DNA of 64,000 nucleotides, from assembly GCA_043228905.1 (NCBI GenBank), contig JBHGNT010000021.1:6448001-6512000 (forward strand), read 5' to 3'. Below the pieces are notes generated by a model. The model was not told the DNA's origin and did no database searches. It was given only the letters and a program-made list of their open reading frames with translations. The DNA comes from Azolla caroliniana. Taxonomy: Eukaryota > Plantae > Polypodiophyta. Of the stretch, positions 25,319 through 38,690 are shown piece by piece. Each line of letters begins with the position of its first letter. The first letter of the stretch is position 1. Both the position numbers and the translations under genes were made by a program.

Positions 25319-27114
25319 CTATGTTGTGCCATTGAAGTGTTGGAAGTAGTTTTATTGCTAAAATTTGAAGGCTATTGACTATCTTTCCGATATGAGCATT
25401 AAAGTCACATAGCATGTCAATATATCCTTCTAATGAGCAACAACATGTAAGCCCTCTTGAATTCTATTTAACATACACAACTCCTTGGAGTTACTCGCAC
25501 ATTTGATTAACATTTAAAACGAAATGTTGTAATGGATTTGCATATTTTATCTCCTTTTCCTTTCTCTTTCTCTTATCTTTTTTAAAGTTAAAAAGGGATT
25601 CAATTATTGTGGGTTGTTTTGACTTTTTTGATATTCTAATTTGCTAAAAAAATGATGTAAACAAAGATTGTTTTCAAACAAATGCGTAGACCAAATGTGG
25701 CTGATGTAGAAGTATGCTTCACCATTATGATCATATGTTCGACCAATTTGGGAACTTCTTGAGTTGTTCCGAAGTTTCTAATAGAGAAACTCCCTTAATC
25801 AAATAAGGTTAAATCTCTTTTTACATTTTTACTAATAATGATAAAACCATTATCCATAACACCAATCCTAAACGACTGATACCCATAGATATATACCAAG
25901 GACATGGCGCAAAAACATCATATCAAATATTGTCAACATTGTTATAGTGTCAGATATCATGTCAAATATTGTCAAAGTTGTTATAGTGTCAAATGTTGTG
26001 CAAATTGACAAGCAGCTTGATGTGATATTTGAAATGGATCTTGATGTTCGGCCTTATATTCTCTCGACATTTTTCCCCCTTTGTCAGGCTAGTGTTTCAC
26101 AACTAGACTCACTCTTCCAAATCTATGCTTGCCTAGTGTCATAGAGCGTGCACGCTCATTTATATTGATATTTATGTAAATAATTGATGTGGTAAAGCTT
26201 TTGTTAAAAGCATATCAAACATTGTAGACCCCTCCCTATGTGTTGAATGTATGAGATCTCTTGTAGGGGTGAGAAACTAGTGGTCATGGAAAAGTTTTTC
26301 TTGATCAAGAGAAATATGTGTTCTCACTTGAGATTTCCAATATTTTGTTGGTTTCAAAGGACAAAATGGGTTTTCTCCAAAGTCTTTAGGGATCGCGGGC
26401 ATGCTTGCTCCCTTTTTGACGAAATACATTCTTTTCAATCATTCAAAGATTACAAATTACATTACAAGTAGTTCCATTATATACTAAATTTAATGAATAT
26501 AAATCTACTTGTTAATTATATGATTTAGAATCTACATTATTCACTTTTTCGTTTAAGATATATATTGCAAGTCCAATTCCGGATGAATGAATGAACTTTG
26601 CAAAGTTCTAATGAATGAATGTCGGAATTGGAATGACATTAAACTTAAAAATGTCGTAATTGTTCTCATCATATTGTAAGACATATAATTATCTTGGTGT
26701 GAATACCGGATCTAATATCTTGATTAGAGTTCATGGAGGGGGTCCAAGTGGCTAAAAGTGAGGCTAATTGTGAGCCGTGTAACATTTTACGCAAAACCTT
26801 GCCAATTGGGTTACGTTGCTTGACAATGCAATACAATACTGATGCCACACGCCAGGGGCATTCCGATCGGGTGCAGCGGAGCATGGATTTGGGGTGTGTG
26901 AACTCCCAAAAAAAGGTTTCGGAACGTGTTTGCATTATCGACAAAACATAGAGAGAGTTGGAGGGGGGAATAAAAAGGTTTTTAAGTAAAGAAAGAAAGA
27001 AGGGAAGAGGAAAGAAAAAAGAAGAAGGGGAGGGAGCCAGCTAAGAAGGTGCTGGTAATATGAAAGCAACAGCTAGATGTGTACAAAATACAAAATATAT
27101 AATAAAGAGAAAGG

Positions 27115-27150
<36 letters not shown>

Positions 27151-27235
27151 TAAGAGTTTTTCTTGTTTGATGGATACACATTACACATTACACATTACAC
27201 ATTACACATATATATATTATAGATAGATAGATAGA

Positions 27236-27904
27236 TCATGAAACAGGCTCCATGAGGTGATTGTTGATGTTGATGCCTGCCTGCTGCCTTTTCACACCTG
27301 GGCTAGTGGACACATGCNNNNNNNNNNNNNNNNNNNNNNNNNNNNNNNNNNNNNNNNNNNNNNNNNNNNNNNNNNNNNNNNNNNNNNNNNNNNNNNNNNN
27401 NNNNNNNNNNNNNNNNNACGCAACCATGACACTTGTGATGAGGAGGCGATGGATATTGAGGGAGGTAATGGGGAAGTCGAGTTGTGACCGGACGAATCGA
27501 TCCAAGTAGGCATATGCGGCCACGAAGCAAGAAGGGCTACAATTTGCGTACTTAAAGATCCTTTCCACATACTTCTCGACACTTATGGAGGGTGCACGGA
27601 GGCCGTGGAATATCGTGAGCCGGTCATGGTTCATCACATGATTGGAAATTTTGCAGCATTCAACATTGCAATTGGGGCTCCTCCGAGTCCACTCTTCTTC
27701 GTTCTTCGCGACCATTTGCTCCAATAGTGATGACAATAATGCCAACACTCTCGGCGAACTTTGATCCATTATGTCATTATAGTTATGGTTATGATTATTG
27801 TTGTCATGATGATTATGGGTGTTGGTATGGGTAGGATTGTGGGCAGTGATAATGAGATTACTAGTTGTAGTATTAGGTATGATAGAACAACTACCACAAT
27901 TCAT
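27236..27904 (-). CDS. P/U-type cyclin (CYCP/CYCU, PHO80-like), interrupted by an assembly gap
   Basis: PRVLALLSSLLEQMVAKNE...FHGLRAPSISVEKYVERIFKYANCSPSCFVAAYAYLDRF...ITSLNIHRLLITSVMVA is the cyclin-U box. The expected KF.DD region and any intron or second exon fall in the N run. The stop at 27236-27238 is tentative. Confidence 0.9.
   Translation of the reverse strand: MNCGSCSIIPNTTTSNLIITAHNPTHTNTHNHHDNNNHNHNYNDIMDQSSPRVLALLSSLLEQMVAKNEEEWTRRSPNCNVECCKISNHVMNHDRLTIFHGLRAPSISVEKYVERIFKYANCSPSCFVAAYAYLDRFVRSQLDFPITSLNIHRLLITSVMVAXXXXXXXXXXXXXXXXXXXXXXXXXXXXXXXXXXHVSTSPGVKRQQAGININNHLMEPVS
27318..27417. other. Assembly gap (100 N, true size unknown)
   Basis: Run of exactly 100 N. Confidence 1.
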
Positions 27905-28603
27905 TACTAATGAACCTTCCTTCTAATGATTATATATATATAGATATATATATATTTAAGACTTTCTACTAGTCCTCTCTACTATAATTAGGACAACTTA
28001 GCTGATGTTTTCCCAATTTGGGCAAATTATGCTAAATTTACTAGGAGAACCTTAGATATATGTATACATGTGCAGAAAATACTTACCCAATTCAGCAAAA
28101 TAAAAACTAGATCTAAAACAAACTAGAACCAATCCTAACTCACTTTCTCACTTTCTCTCTCTAACACTTTAATGTACTAGTCATAGCCACTTTAATGAAA
28201 CTGGTGGTGGTGGTGGTGGTGGCCATTGCCGATTGGATCGCCATAGTTCTTCTTTTCTTTTCTTTGATCCACGGCCATGGGGCGATTAATCAATCGCGGC
28301 CTACTTCTCTTCCGAAGTGAAGATCGAGAGCAACAAACTCGAGCTTCGGGAAAACAAAAAACCTTGAAGAAGGTTGGGGCGACACAAACACTTACCAATG
28401 GACCCCCTCGGACCGACCGAAAAGCCTTTGGGAGGACCTCGTAATGATACCGCACCCCACCCGGAGGGTCGCCTTAGTCACTAAGTGTCGGAATAGTGGC
28501 ACTAACTTAGCTGTATGAGGATGTTTCTAAGCTCTTTCCCTCTAGTACATATCTAACCCCTTCAATGAATGTAGTACTACTAGTAGATTATGTTGTGTGT
28601 GTA

Positions 28604-28722
28604 TGTCTCTCTCTCTATCTCTCTTTCTCTCAAAGCCTTTTGTAGTAGTAATAGTAAAGCATGACACCTCTCTCTCTCTCTCTAACCTCTCTCTAACCAC
28701 TCTTGTCTTAATAGTAAAGGAT

Positions 28723-28768
<46 letters not shown>

Positions 28769-28921
28769 GACCTTTTTCTTCACCAAACACCAAGCTTGAT
28801 TGGCTCCCTTTTTTTATTTGTTATCTTTCGCGCACATCACACAAACCTAGCTTAGCTCGCGGCTCACCAACCCCCCTCCGGGTCGATGGGGCCCGACCCA
28901 CTCTTTCGTCCTCCTCCGACA

Positions 28922-28963
<42 letters not shown>

Positions 28964-29035
28964 TTGACCTCCGAGGACGATAATAAAATCTTTCTCTCCG
29001 GTTTGTTTGTTTGTTTGTCTCTCTCTCTTTCTCTC
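28604..29035. repeat. CT/GA microsatellite cluster in the cyclin 5' region
   Basis: Several (CT)n tracts at ~28606, 28668, 28724-28766 and 28927-28959. Confidence 0.85.
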
Positions 29036-29699
29036 CAAAAGCACTCCATGTTCCATGTGATCCATCCACTACCTAATAAACTTAGCTGGCTAGCTCTGCT
29101 TTTCTAGCCTGTCTTAAGAACCTTCGCCTCGTCATGACTTCATCTTGACTCCCATGTCCCCTTCCCCTCCTTGTTACTGACGATGTTCCCCCACCCTAAC
29201 TTTCCCACCTTTACAAACTAACTACCAACATCTTGTCCTCATTCTACTGGATGCATAGCTGCTTGTGTCTCTACTCCCCCTCCCCCATGTCACATGTTAC
29301 ATTTTAAATGCTCGCATGCCATTCCCCTTAAAGCACCACATTTCTCTCAGTAACATAAAGTCATTCGTAACATGGCATGTGTTGCCCATTTATTGAACTC
29401 TTTTTGCTCTGTAATTGTGACAAAGCATTTACTTTTCTAAAGATGTTCATCATACAAAGAATGGATCCCCTTTAAACCACCATACACACTCATGGTATAT
29501 GTTTTTGTTTTGCGGTGTATGCTATCATTAACATCATAGTATGTGTAAAAATATGACGTAGAATTGAATTGAATTGCGTAAAAACTATGACAAACAATGA
29601 GAACTATAGATAATGTCAATCTTATAGAAGTACATGTAAGTGAAAACACCAATGAAAAGTCATTACACCAATATACAATCAAGGCCACAATGGATTTGA

Positions 29700-31300
29700 T
29701 TTACCTTTCTCTTCTAGGATGGTGCACATATTGTCTCAACATTTAAATCACATTAAAAAGAACATAACCTCTTATGTATAGGGTGATGTACTCGGTGAGA
29801 TTTGAATAAGAAGTAGAGGTGGGCATTCTTATGAGTTGCCTTGCACTTATATTTTTGACCAGCTAACTTTTCATACATATTTCAATGGGTAACACCCACT
29901 ATCTTTCACTTATTGCCTTCATGAATATACTAAACCGACGAAGCTTCTTTATATTTTCGCAATTCAAATAAAACCTCACAACAATATACATTACCCGCTG
30001 AAGTTATTGCCCTTTCATGCAATGTTGACACCATAAGAATCTACATAATTCTATCAAGTTTTTGCCCTTTCAACTTACATTGTGTTATACCCATGAAAAT
30101 GCCACATACTTTAGAAATGTACAACCCAATATTTGAATCCTTTTGTTTTACATAGTGAAGTTAGAGCAACCAATCACATGAGGATTATCATAGTGGATAA
30201 ATTCCACATTTTGTAACATTTATAATAAATATGAAACTAAAGCTATTTGCATAAACAATAATTCATTTCTAAGGTTTTCCAAATTTTCATGCAATAGTTG
30301 TACATATGTTCATATGTACGTTATGTTCAATCTCCCGTGTACGTAATATTCTATTCATTGTCAATTTGGTTGTTTGCAAGAATGACATTAAATATGATAT
30401 AGAAACTAGCTCCTCTCCCCTCCAAATTTGGTATTCAAAGTTTTATTCTAGTTTAAACCCTTTTATGGTTTCCTCTTGGATCCCCCCCCCCGCTTTGTGA
30501 TGCTAAACTCTCATCACAAACTCAATGACATTTTCAGCAATGGGGCTCAAGACATATAACTAAATATATTGATATAGGTTGCTTCAAATACAACTTTTAC
30601 ATCTCTTTGTTCCACAATAAATGACTATTCCAAACTACATGCTCTGCGAACTCATAACCTTATGATGTCCAATCTTCGAAACAGTTGACATAACCATCTA
30701 TATAGGGCTTGATTTTCTCCCATATATGTACGTATGGATCAGAGTCATATGACCATATTTCAGTGATAACTTTTTAAAGGTATTCGTGGCATGCTTATGA
30801 TGATGACAAAATGGCCACTATGGAGTCTAAACTCATAAGATTAAAATTAGTGTTTTTGTTGGTTGCTTTAATTCTGAATTGTTTTTAGGGCCCACACACA
30901 ACAGATAAGAAAAATTATCATTTGTCATGCTTAGAGTGTGTATGGAACAAAGATGAAGCCTTGTTAGTGGAGTGTCAAAGATAGGTTGACCTAAAGTTGT
31001 GGGATTTGTGAGGAGCTTTATTTTTTCCATAAAAATTATCCTCAATTAGTATTAAGATTAAAGTAGCCAAAGGCAAGGTACAAGATAATCCAACATTACA
31101 ATGAATATTGTGCAGCCAATCTTTCTAGATAAAGATAAAGGCAAGATACAAGATAATATCGGTGAACTTCTCCCTAAGTAATATTGTTGCCCTATCAACG
31201 TCCATATCACCAAGTAATGTTGATGCCATGCCAAAGCCCCAAGCACCAATTCCATCGTATTCAACATGTAGTGATATATCTTCTTTCACAATGATTCCTT
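29700..31300 (-). mobile_element. Very old gypsy pol remnant
   Basis: Short minus-strand peptides LLTNPTTLGQPIFDTP and MELVLGALAWHQHYL resemble the RT connection and RNase H motifs; no continuous ORF. Confidence 0.4.
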
Positions 31301-34300
31301 GATCGCTACTACATGTAAGAGTTCATCATATCCAAATGATCCAGATGAACCTACCATATGAAAATATTGGTTCTCTACTCAATCCAATCTCCTCAGACCC
31401 TCATGAAAATTTGCTTCTACCTCCGCCACCATCATTTGTTCAATGGTATAGTTAAACAAAAAATATTTTTTGGCCATGAAATACAATCAAGGGATTACAT
31501 ATGTATTCACTGCCAAAGCAACATCATACATACCCCGGTATTTCGAGATTGCTCGACATTTGTCACATTCTAGAAGCTTTTCATTTTGTTGTTTGTCGGT
31601 TGTCTCCAAAATCTTCCTCTTTGATAAATACCCATTCTTGACTAGAGATCTTCTCTTCTTTGTCAACTTGTTTGTGCAACGAAAAAGTGTCAAACTCTTT
31701 ATATATTTAAATGCATGAATGAATATTAGATGAATTGATAAAAGGATCTTACCACAAATAACCCAAGAGGAAGGCTCGTATATTACCCTTGAGGCCATCG
31801 TATTGGCTCTTTAGAGTGACTACAGCTTCACTCCATTACTCTTTCATTTATTCTTGATCTTCTCACAATTATCCAACTTAATGATAAATAAGCACTTTTT
31901 TGCTTTCATATGGAGATACTTCAAAGAAACTACTTTCGCAAAGCTTCAAAATAAATAAAAAACATGTGTTTAGAAAGATTCATCCTTAGGAAAATAAGTT
32001 CTCATTTTCTCTCATAACTTGATATAATGTCTTATATGACTTGTTGCCACCTATGAAGATTTATAGATATGATCGCACACTAAATGATATATTGACATCA
32101 AGTTAAAAGATAATGGGTAGCAACTCGTAGAGAAACACTATTCAAACTCTAATTGCAAAGGGTCTAGTGAAATTGCAAAATAAGGTCCATAAAAAAGTAT
32201 GTTACTTTCTTTGGTTTTTCACAAAACAAGGCTTTTCATAGAAACAACGTCCACTTTTCATAGAAACAACGTCCACAATAAAATTATATCATATTCTTCA
32301 CACCGATGCCAAACTCCTTGTAAAGATCATTGACAGGTGCACTTGCATCAGTGATCCACCCAATGGACTTGACCTTCCATTATGAGAGTACATTGTTGTG
32401 TATGGAGGAGTGCCTTATGGAGCCCATTATAGTTTTTCAAAGAAATATGAAAGATTTATAAAAACAAGAATACATAAAGAACAAGCATAATTTGGTGGGT
32501 TCCTCCTCACAAAAGAGAGATCAATCATCATTTAGAGTGTAAGTGCATATAACTTGAGCATACATACATTTGTATGTATATGTTTCTCTATGCATATGAA
32601 TAGATAACCCTTGTCATATATGAAAACATTCACATGTAAGTATATGAGAACCCCACAACTTCCTATTTGGGATATGTCATGTTGTTGTTGCTCATATTAA
32701 CTAGGATGTTGCGACAAGGGCGAATCAGAATGTTATGATAAAAAAAGGCATGCTTCCACAACATAGCAAAGAGAGCCGAGTAAAACTTTAAACCTCATTA
32801 CGAAAACTTTTAATCTGGTTTATGTGAAGTACATAAAAGATGCAAGGTTTGCATTAAGGTGATAGATATTCCTTATTCCTTCTCTTCCTATCGTGATTGT
32901 TAAGATTTGCATTTCTAATGGTTGATTGTTTTCTTTTTTATTATCAAGCTCTCAAGACAAAATTTGAGAGGTGAAAGGGTATTTTGTCTCCTTGTTATGA
33001 ATATGGAACTATTTCTTAGACATTAAAAAATCAATGCATGTACACCAAGTGGCATCTATGAGGACACGTCCTGTTTCACACAACAATCTTAAAAGATTTG
33101 TAAGGTAATTGGGTTTGGATGTAAAGTTTAAAAGATCTTATTTTCAAATGAATTAACGCTCATTTTTCATTCTTCTTAATTTATTTGCTTGGCCCAAAAG
33201 TGAGCCCAATTTTTGCGTGATGTGTGCATGAAATCATGCTCTTCTGAGTTCTCATAGATGGACCTTTTCCAAAATCACCTCTTAAAAATATGCATACTAA
33301 TTTGTGGTGAAATAAGTATACGTATTGTTAGAATAATATATAAACTTTACAGTTACACTCTTATCTATGTCATCGAATCATGTGGTCGGGGTACCATATG
33401 ATCTAACGTGTTTTTTATACTTGCCTTGGATCTATCAACTCATTAATGCAAGTCCATTGCTTGAAACCTATTGAAGATAGTTCTTGAATCTTGACACTTG
33501 TAACTTGAAGAAAACTAACAACTTTATCTCGTGCAAAGAGCACACATATTGACAGACATGTCACTATCTTGCTCAAGGTCTAGGTGGTTGAGTCATAATG
33601 TACACCCCCTATAATGTAATATTTTGGTTTGACTCAAGATAAGTTACATCTGAATTTGTCATGATGTACATTGTCTCATTTCATGACACATGGGCATCGA
33701 AAAAAATTATTGGGTTGCCATTTTTCTTGTGGTGCTCTTGGTCATCTTTCCAATCAGAGATTTATTAGGATTACCCTCTACACAACTCAATTAGAAATAA
33801 TTAGTCATATTCTTTGTATGGAAATCTTTTACTAAGGAGTAGAAATATTGCAATTTTACACAACGTTTGAAATTATACAACATAATTGGACGAGTAGTTT
33901 GATACTTAGTCCTTACTATTTTGGTAGGTCTTGAAGAAATGATCTGTTTGAGTGATGTAAGTATGTTACCTTAGAGTTGCTTGATGCGTTTGGTCATGTC
34001 AAATTTGAAAATGTCAATCATCACTAATCAGATGGGAAATTTCCCAATGACAAATATAATCTTAGAATATACAAACATTTACCTTTTTCCATATAGTGGG
34101 TTGTTTGATATTTATGCCAACAAAAGTGTTACGATCGAGGCGTGGTTTATACGTTTGGGAAAGAAGTTGAAATAGAAATTACAAGCTCATCAAAGTGTTT
34201 GAGGAGATTTTTAAATTGAATTGCCGGCAAAGAGTACCCAACTTCAGATGAATCAAATCAAATCGAAAGATGTGAGGTTTTACATCAACATCATCTCTCT

Positions 34301-35521
34301 TCGACTCTAGCAAGACATGACAAGTTGTGTGAATATTGACATGAAACTCCCCACATTGACTTCAAAGTCTCTTAGTAATGACATGTCTTTCTTTTACAAG
34401 GAGTATATAGAGTCTAGACTATTTGTCAACATGTTATGGAAACCAAAGAAGTCTTCCTGATATTAGAATGTATTCACTAGTAATACATGGGTCATGCAAG
34501 GATGTCCTCCCTCCACACTCAAGATTATGTGGATGCGTTGAGGAAATTATCATAGTTGTCATAGTGAGATTGAAGTAGTTAAAATCAACATGTTCACCAT
34601 ATAAATAGTACTCATTATACTCCAATGATAATGATGGTCACGTGATATTCATATAAAGTACTAGTCGAGCTACTTGGCAATATGCCAAGGATTTTGCTCA
34701 ACGTTGGGATTAGTGAACATAGCCTAAACAAAGATAATGGTGAACAACAAAAGCAACGACACGCATGAGTGTACACACATCAACAAAGTTCCTCAATGAT
34801 GTGATGTTGCCATGTGGAGTGTTCATAGCATGTCACCTTTTTTAATTTTTCGGATAAAAGTTAATTTTCAAAAATGTGCATAAAAACAAATCATGTCCAT
34901 AAACTATTTTCCTTGAAGCCAGATAACCGGAGAAACCTCTACATATGATGATCAAATAATGTTTTCAACGTCGTCACATCACCAACCATGTGGGAATATA
35001 TGCTCGACTCCCTTGTTTATAGGAATACTTTCACTTTTTCTCTACTATATATATGTATGTATGTATGTACGTATGTATGTATTATAGCCAATGTGTGAGA
35101 CTTGATTATGAGTTGGATGGTCGACCAATAGATGATAATGCGACAACAAAGGAAAATGAGAAAACTAAAAATGTCTTGAAAATTGGAGAGCAAATTATTG
35201 TTTGAGCATGTTACTCATCCTTTCAAGCAAGTAAAAGACGTGTTATTTTCTCATCAATATAAATAGACTCAACATGAAGTCATAAAAGCTCTAGGCATGC
35301 AATTTCAACCATAACATTCGCCTCTTTTAAATAAGATGGTTCACATGTGGTATAATTGTTCAGTGATATTATAATCTAAGTATTTTGTTATTTCTTACAT
35401 GTCTCTCACAATTCTCAAACCCTCAAAGAGGTTGTAATTCTATTTCACTTCATTTCTAGATTTCATAAATCCCATACATTGTCACAAATTATTAGCTTCA
35501 TATATTGATATAATATATATA

Positions 35522-35672
35522 GGAAATTGGTAAATTCACAGTTTTTTTCGTATTTTCACAGTTTTTTTGGGGGAATGGAATCTGGCTATCATTTGTACTG
35601 CAAATAATCATATTTCTGAACTAAAAAAAAAACTGTGAAAATACGGGAAAAACTATGAATTTACCAATTTCC
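35522..35672. mobile_element. MITE-like element (151 bp) with ~47-bp terminal inverted repeats
   Basis: GGAAATTGGTAAATTCACAGTTTTTTTCGTATTTTCACAGTTTTTTT ... AAAAAAACTGTGAAAATACGGGAAAAACTATGAATTTACCAATTTCC, embedded in TA-rich sequence. Confidence 0.85.
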
Positions 35673-35829
35673 TATATATATTGATATAATATATATATAT
35701 ATATATAACCTTTTTGGAAATATTTTTTTAATTGTTTTTGACAACATGGATATTGAGCAACATATTGGATCTCATGATGCAAGTTAAATCCTATGAATTC
35801 CATGCAACAAGACTATAGGAATGTAAACT

Positions 35830-36742
35830 TCTATTCTCTCCCGGAGCTAGTGGTATCTACATTGGATGTGCTTCGTTCTGGAGTGGTACGCCGCGTTCTT
35901 TGGAAGATGGATGGCACTTTGACTGTCGCAGTAGAGCCGGAATTCCTCCTGCCGGATCCCTAGCTCTCCTATGAAGTCCTTCATCCAGATTACCTCTTTA
36001 CCGGCTTCCACGATCGCCATGTACTCCGCTTCCATTGTTGACAGTGCAACGGACTTCTGCAACCCCGACTGCCACAATACGACCCCCCCTGCATATGTCA
36101 TAACATATCCGGAGGTTGACCGGTTGATATTTGCATCAACCGACATATCCGAATCCGTGAATCCTGGGGTTTTTCGGAGCCGAATTAGAGGCACATACTC
36201 GAGGTGCCTTTCAAGTACCGGAGTATCCACTTAACTGCGGTCCAGTGTTCTCTTCCCGGATTGCTCATGAACCGGCTAACCACTTCGATAGCATATCCGA
36301 TATCCGGCCGGGTACACACCATTGCATTTATCAAGCTTCCGACAACAGAGGCATATGGTATCTTCATCATCTCTGACTTCTCTGCCTTCGTCTTCGGATT
36401 TCGTTTTACGGACAACTTGCAATTTGTCGAAAGTGTCGATCTGACCGGCTTCGCATCGGTCATGCTGAACCGTTGGAGCACCTTCGCCACATACTTCTCC
36501 TGTGACACCCACAATAGCTTCTTCGTCCGGTTCCGGACTACGTGCATCCCCAATGTTTGTCGCGCTAGACCCAAATCTTTCATTGAAAAGGTCTGGTTCA
36601 AGGCCTTCTTCAGATTCTCGATTTTGGTTTGGTTTGGTTTGACAACCAACATGTCATCCACATATAGTATGAGTATTAGGAAGTCTCCTCCGTTGAGATT
36701 CTTCACAAATACATAGTGGTCGGCATGTGTCTCTGTGATATC
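35830..36742 (-). mobile_element. Ty1/copia RT-RNase H fragment (host of the nested cluster), 3' LTR missing
   Basis: LILYVDDMLV, FSMKDLG, PYASVVGSL..AMVCTRPDI, STSGYVMTYAGG, ALSTMEAEY, HSRTKHI; cut at 36742 by an LTR. Confidence 0.92.
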
Positions 36743-37410
36743 TGTTAGGAAACAGGTCCCTCCGGATGGGAAGTGAGAAGAACAGTGTTGATGAGCAACT
36801 CGGCCGAGGCCGAATCCGGATGTGGAGTACCCGGCAACGGAAGACCCGGTGAGAACCGGATGACGAGTACCCGGCAAGAGCCGGATGGTGAAGGCCCGGT
36901 GAGAACCGGATGACGAGTGCCCGGCAAGAGCCAGATGATGCAGGCCCGGTGAGGAGTGCTCACCGGATGAAGGGACATATTCGTAAATATGTTTCTGAGA
37001 GTCCATTGGGGCTATATTTGTGAATAGCCGAAAAGTCATATTGGTATAAATATGACTTAGGGCAAACTTAGTGTAGTGGGTCATTCTTGTTGGTGCAAGA
37101 TTTGAGTGCAACCGTGTACACAGAGAGAGAGTGAGAGACGAAGAGGACGTTGTCTCTATTGTAACCGCCGCCTGTGGCGAAGACAGTGAACAAGAGGTCG
37201 TTGCCTCTGTGTTCATCTATTGTATATTGGAACATAGTGATAGTTTGCAGTCTGTGGACTGCCGTGGTTTTTCCCGTGTTTGGGTTTTCCACGTAAACAT
37301 CCAGTGTACTCTTCTCTTTACTGTGTCGTGCGTACATTACCCGTTTTTTGTGTTTGATCTTAGACTCGGTTGTGGCCGAGCGTTGTTTTCGGGAGCGTGT
37401 AGTCCTTTCA
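36743..37410 (+). repeat. 5' LTR of second copia, with internal ~50-bp tandem repeats
   Basis: TG...CA termini, directly followed by the PBS. CCGGTGAGAACCGGATGACGAGT.CCCGGCAAGAGCC units at ~36846, 36896 and 36946. Confidence 0.85.
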
Positions 37411-37443
37411 AATTGGTATCAGAGCGAAACGACACAGAAAAAA

Positions 37444-38220
37444 ATGGACGATTCGTTGGGAGGCATGTTCAAGCTCACCGGCTCCAACTATTCGGTGTGG
37501 AAGTCGAAGATGAGGGATATGCTCGTGGTTAAAGATCTTTGGTTGCCGGTTCAGTTCGGGGACAAGAGACCAGACAAAATCGACGCCACGATATGGGAGG
37601 TGATGCATATGAAGACAACGGCGTACATATGGTGCTTCATCAACATGAGTCTATACAACAACTTCAATGAAGAGAGCAAGGCTCATGAGCTCTGGGAGAA
37701 GATCGACATTATGTTTCAGAACAAAAATGCTGTTAATCAGGTTTCGGTATTTCGGAAGCTAGTAAGACTCCGGTACCAAGATGGCTCCAGCATGGTGGAG
37801 CACATGAATGCCTTCCAGGGGCTGATCCACCAGGCAACATCATTGGAAGTACCTCTTGCCGATGAGGTACTAGCACTACTCCTGCTCGGTTCCCTCCCAG
37901 ATAGCTGGGAGACGTTGGTTGTCACTTTGGGCAACGTCGGGCTGGAAGGGAAACGGTTATCCCTAGCAAGAGTGAAGTCGAGCTTGCTAAATGAGGAGGC
38001 GCGTAGGAAAGACAAGGATACGAACTCCGACTCCAAAGCGCTCATTACCGAATCGGAACGCGGAAGACAAAGGAACCGTAGTCCCCAGAACTGGGAGAAG
38101 TCGGGGACACGATCAAAGTCAAGGGGGAGGCCTACCTGCTTCTATTGCAGCAAGCCGGGACACTTCCAGAAGAACTGTCGGCACTTCCGAAAAGACAAGG
38201 AAACTGATGGTACCGATTTG
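37444..38220 (+). CDS. copia Gag (open up to the insertion point)
   Basis: MDDSLGGMFKLTGSNYSVWKSKMRDML..., LLLGSLPDSWETLV, CCHC knuckle CFYCSKPGHFQKNC. Confidence 0.88.
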
Positions 38221-38688
38221 TGTTACCCATTCCTTTGGGTGAACACCTTCGATAGACCTGCGGCTATCAGTATTCAAGGGCGTGGTATGTGAAGGCTCGT
38301 AACAGAGGCGTCGTGAGGGAGAAAATGATCAGAGATAAAACACTAGCGAGATCTTGATAGGCGTGGGCGGCGTTGAAATCATAAGTATGAACCAAAGCAC
38401 AGACACATGGAGCAAAATGGGCACAAATAAGATATATTACTGCGATAGAAAAAGGATTACAGAACACGGCCTACGGCCGGTGACCTTACAGGATTATCTA
38501 GTTACGATGGACTAAGCTAGTGCTCTAAGGTACTGGACCTCGTTTAAATACGTTTCCCTTAATACACAGCCGAGCCTTCGGTGGCCTGTGATACTCGGAC
38601 TCGGCGCTCGCTGGCGTTCTTTCCTACTCGGTTACACTACCGTCGTTTGCTAATTTCCTAATTCTATATTTCTGTCCTTTGGACAACA
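38221..38688 (-). repeat. 3' LTR of gypsy copy A
   Basis: Minus strand TGTTGTCC (38688) to GGGTAACA (38221); same termini as the copy B LTRs but a diverged interior. Confidence 0.92.
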
Positions 38689-38690
38689 CC

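Larger units (their letters stand above)
36743..38220 (+). mobile_element. 5' part of a second Ty1/copia element (5' LTR, PBS, gag) inserted in the copia RT
   Basis: LTR TGTTAGG (36743) to CTTTCA (37410); PBS TGGTATCAGAGC at 37414-37425; gag from 37444; interrupted at 38220 by a gypsy LTR. Confidence 0.92.

Noticed and set aside
28192-28455. 87-aa ORF ending in a His run upstream of the cyclin
   Set aside because: It has a non-ATG start, crosses a probable splice donor, and the His run comes from a (CAC)n microsatellite; no recognisable homology.
33715-33760. Zinc-knuckle-like peptide FSCGALGHLSNQ
   Set aside because: Isolated short motif in highly decayed AT-rich sequence; probably an old gag remnant, but boundaries cannot be supported.
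36185-37216. 343-aa ORF appearing to fuse a novel N-terminus to copia RT
   Set aside because: The N-terminal part is the antisense strand of the inserted copia LTR; the fusion is an insertion artefact.
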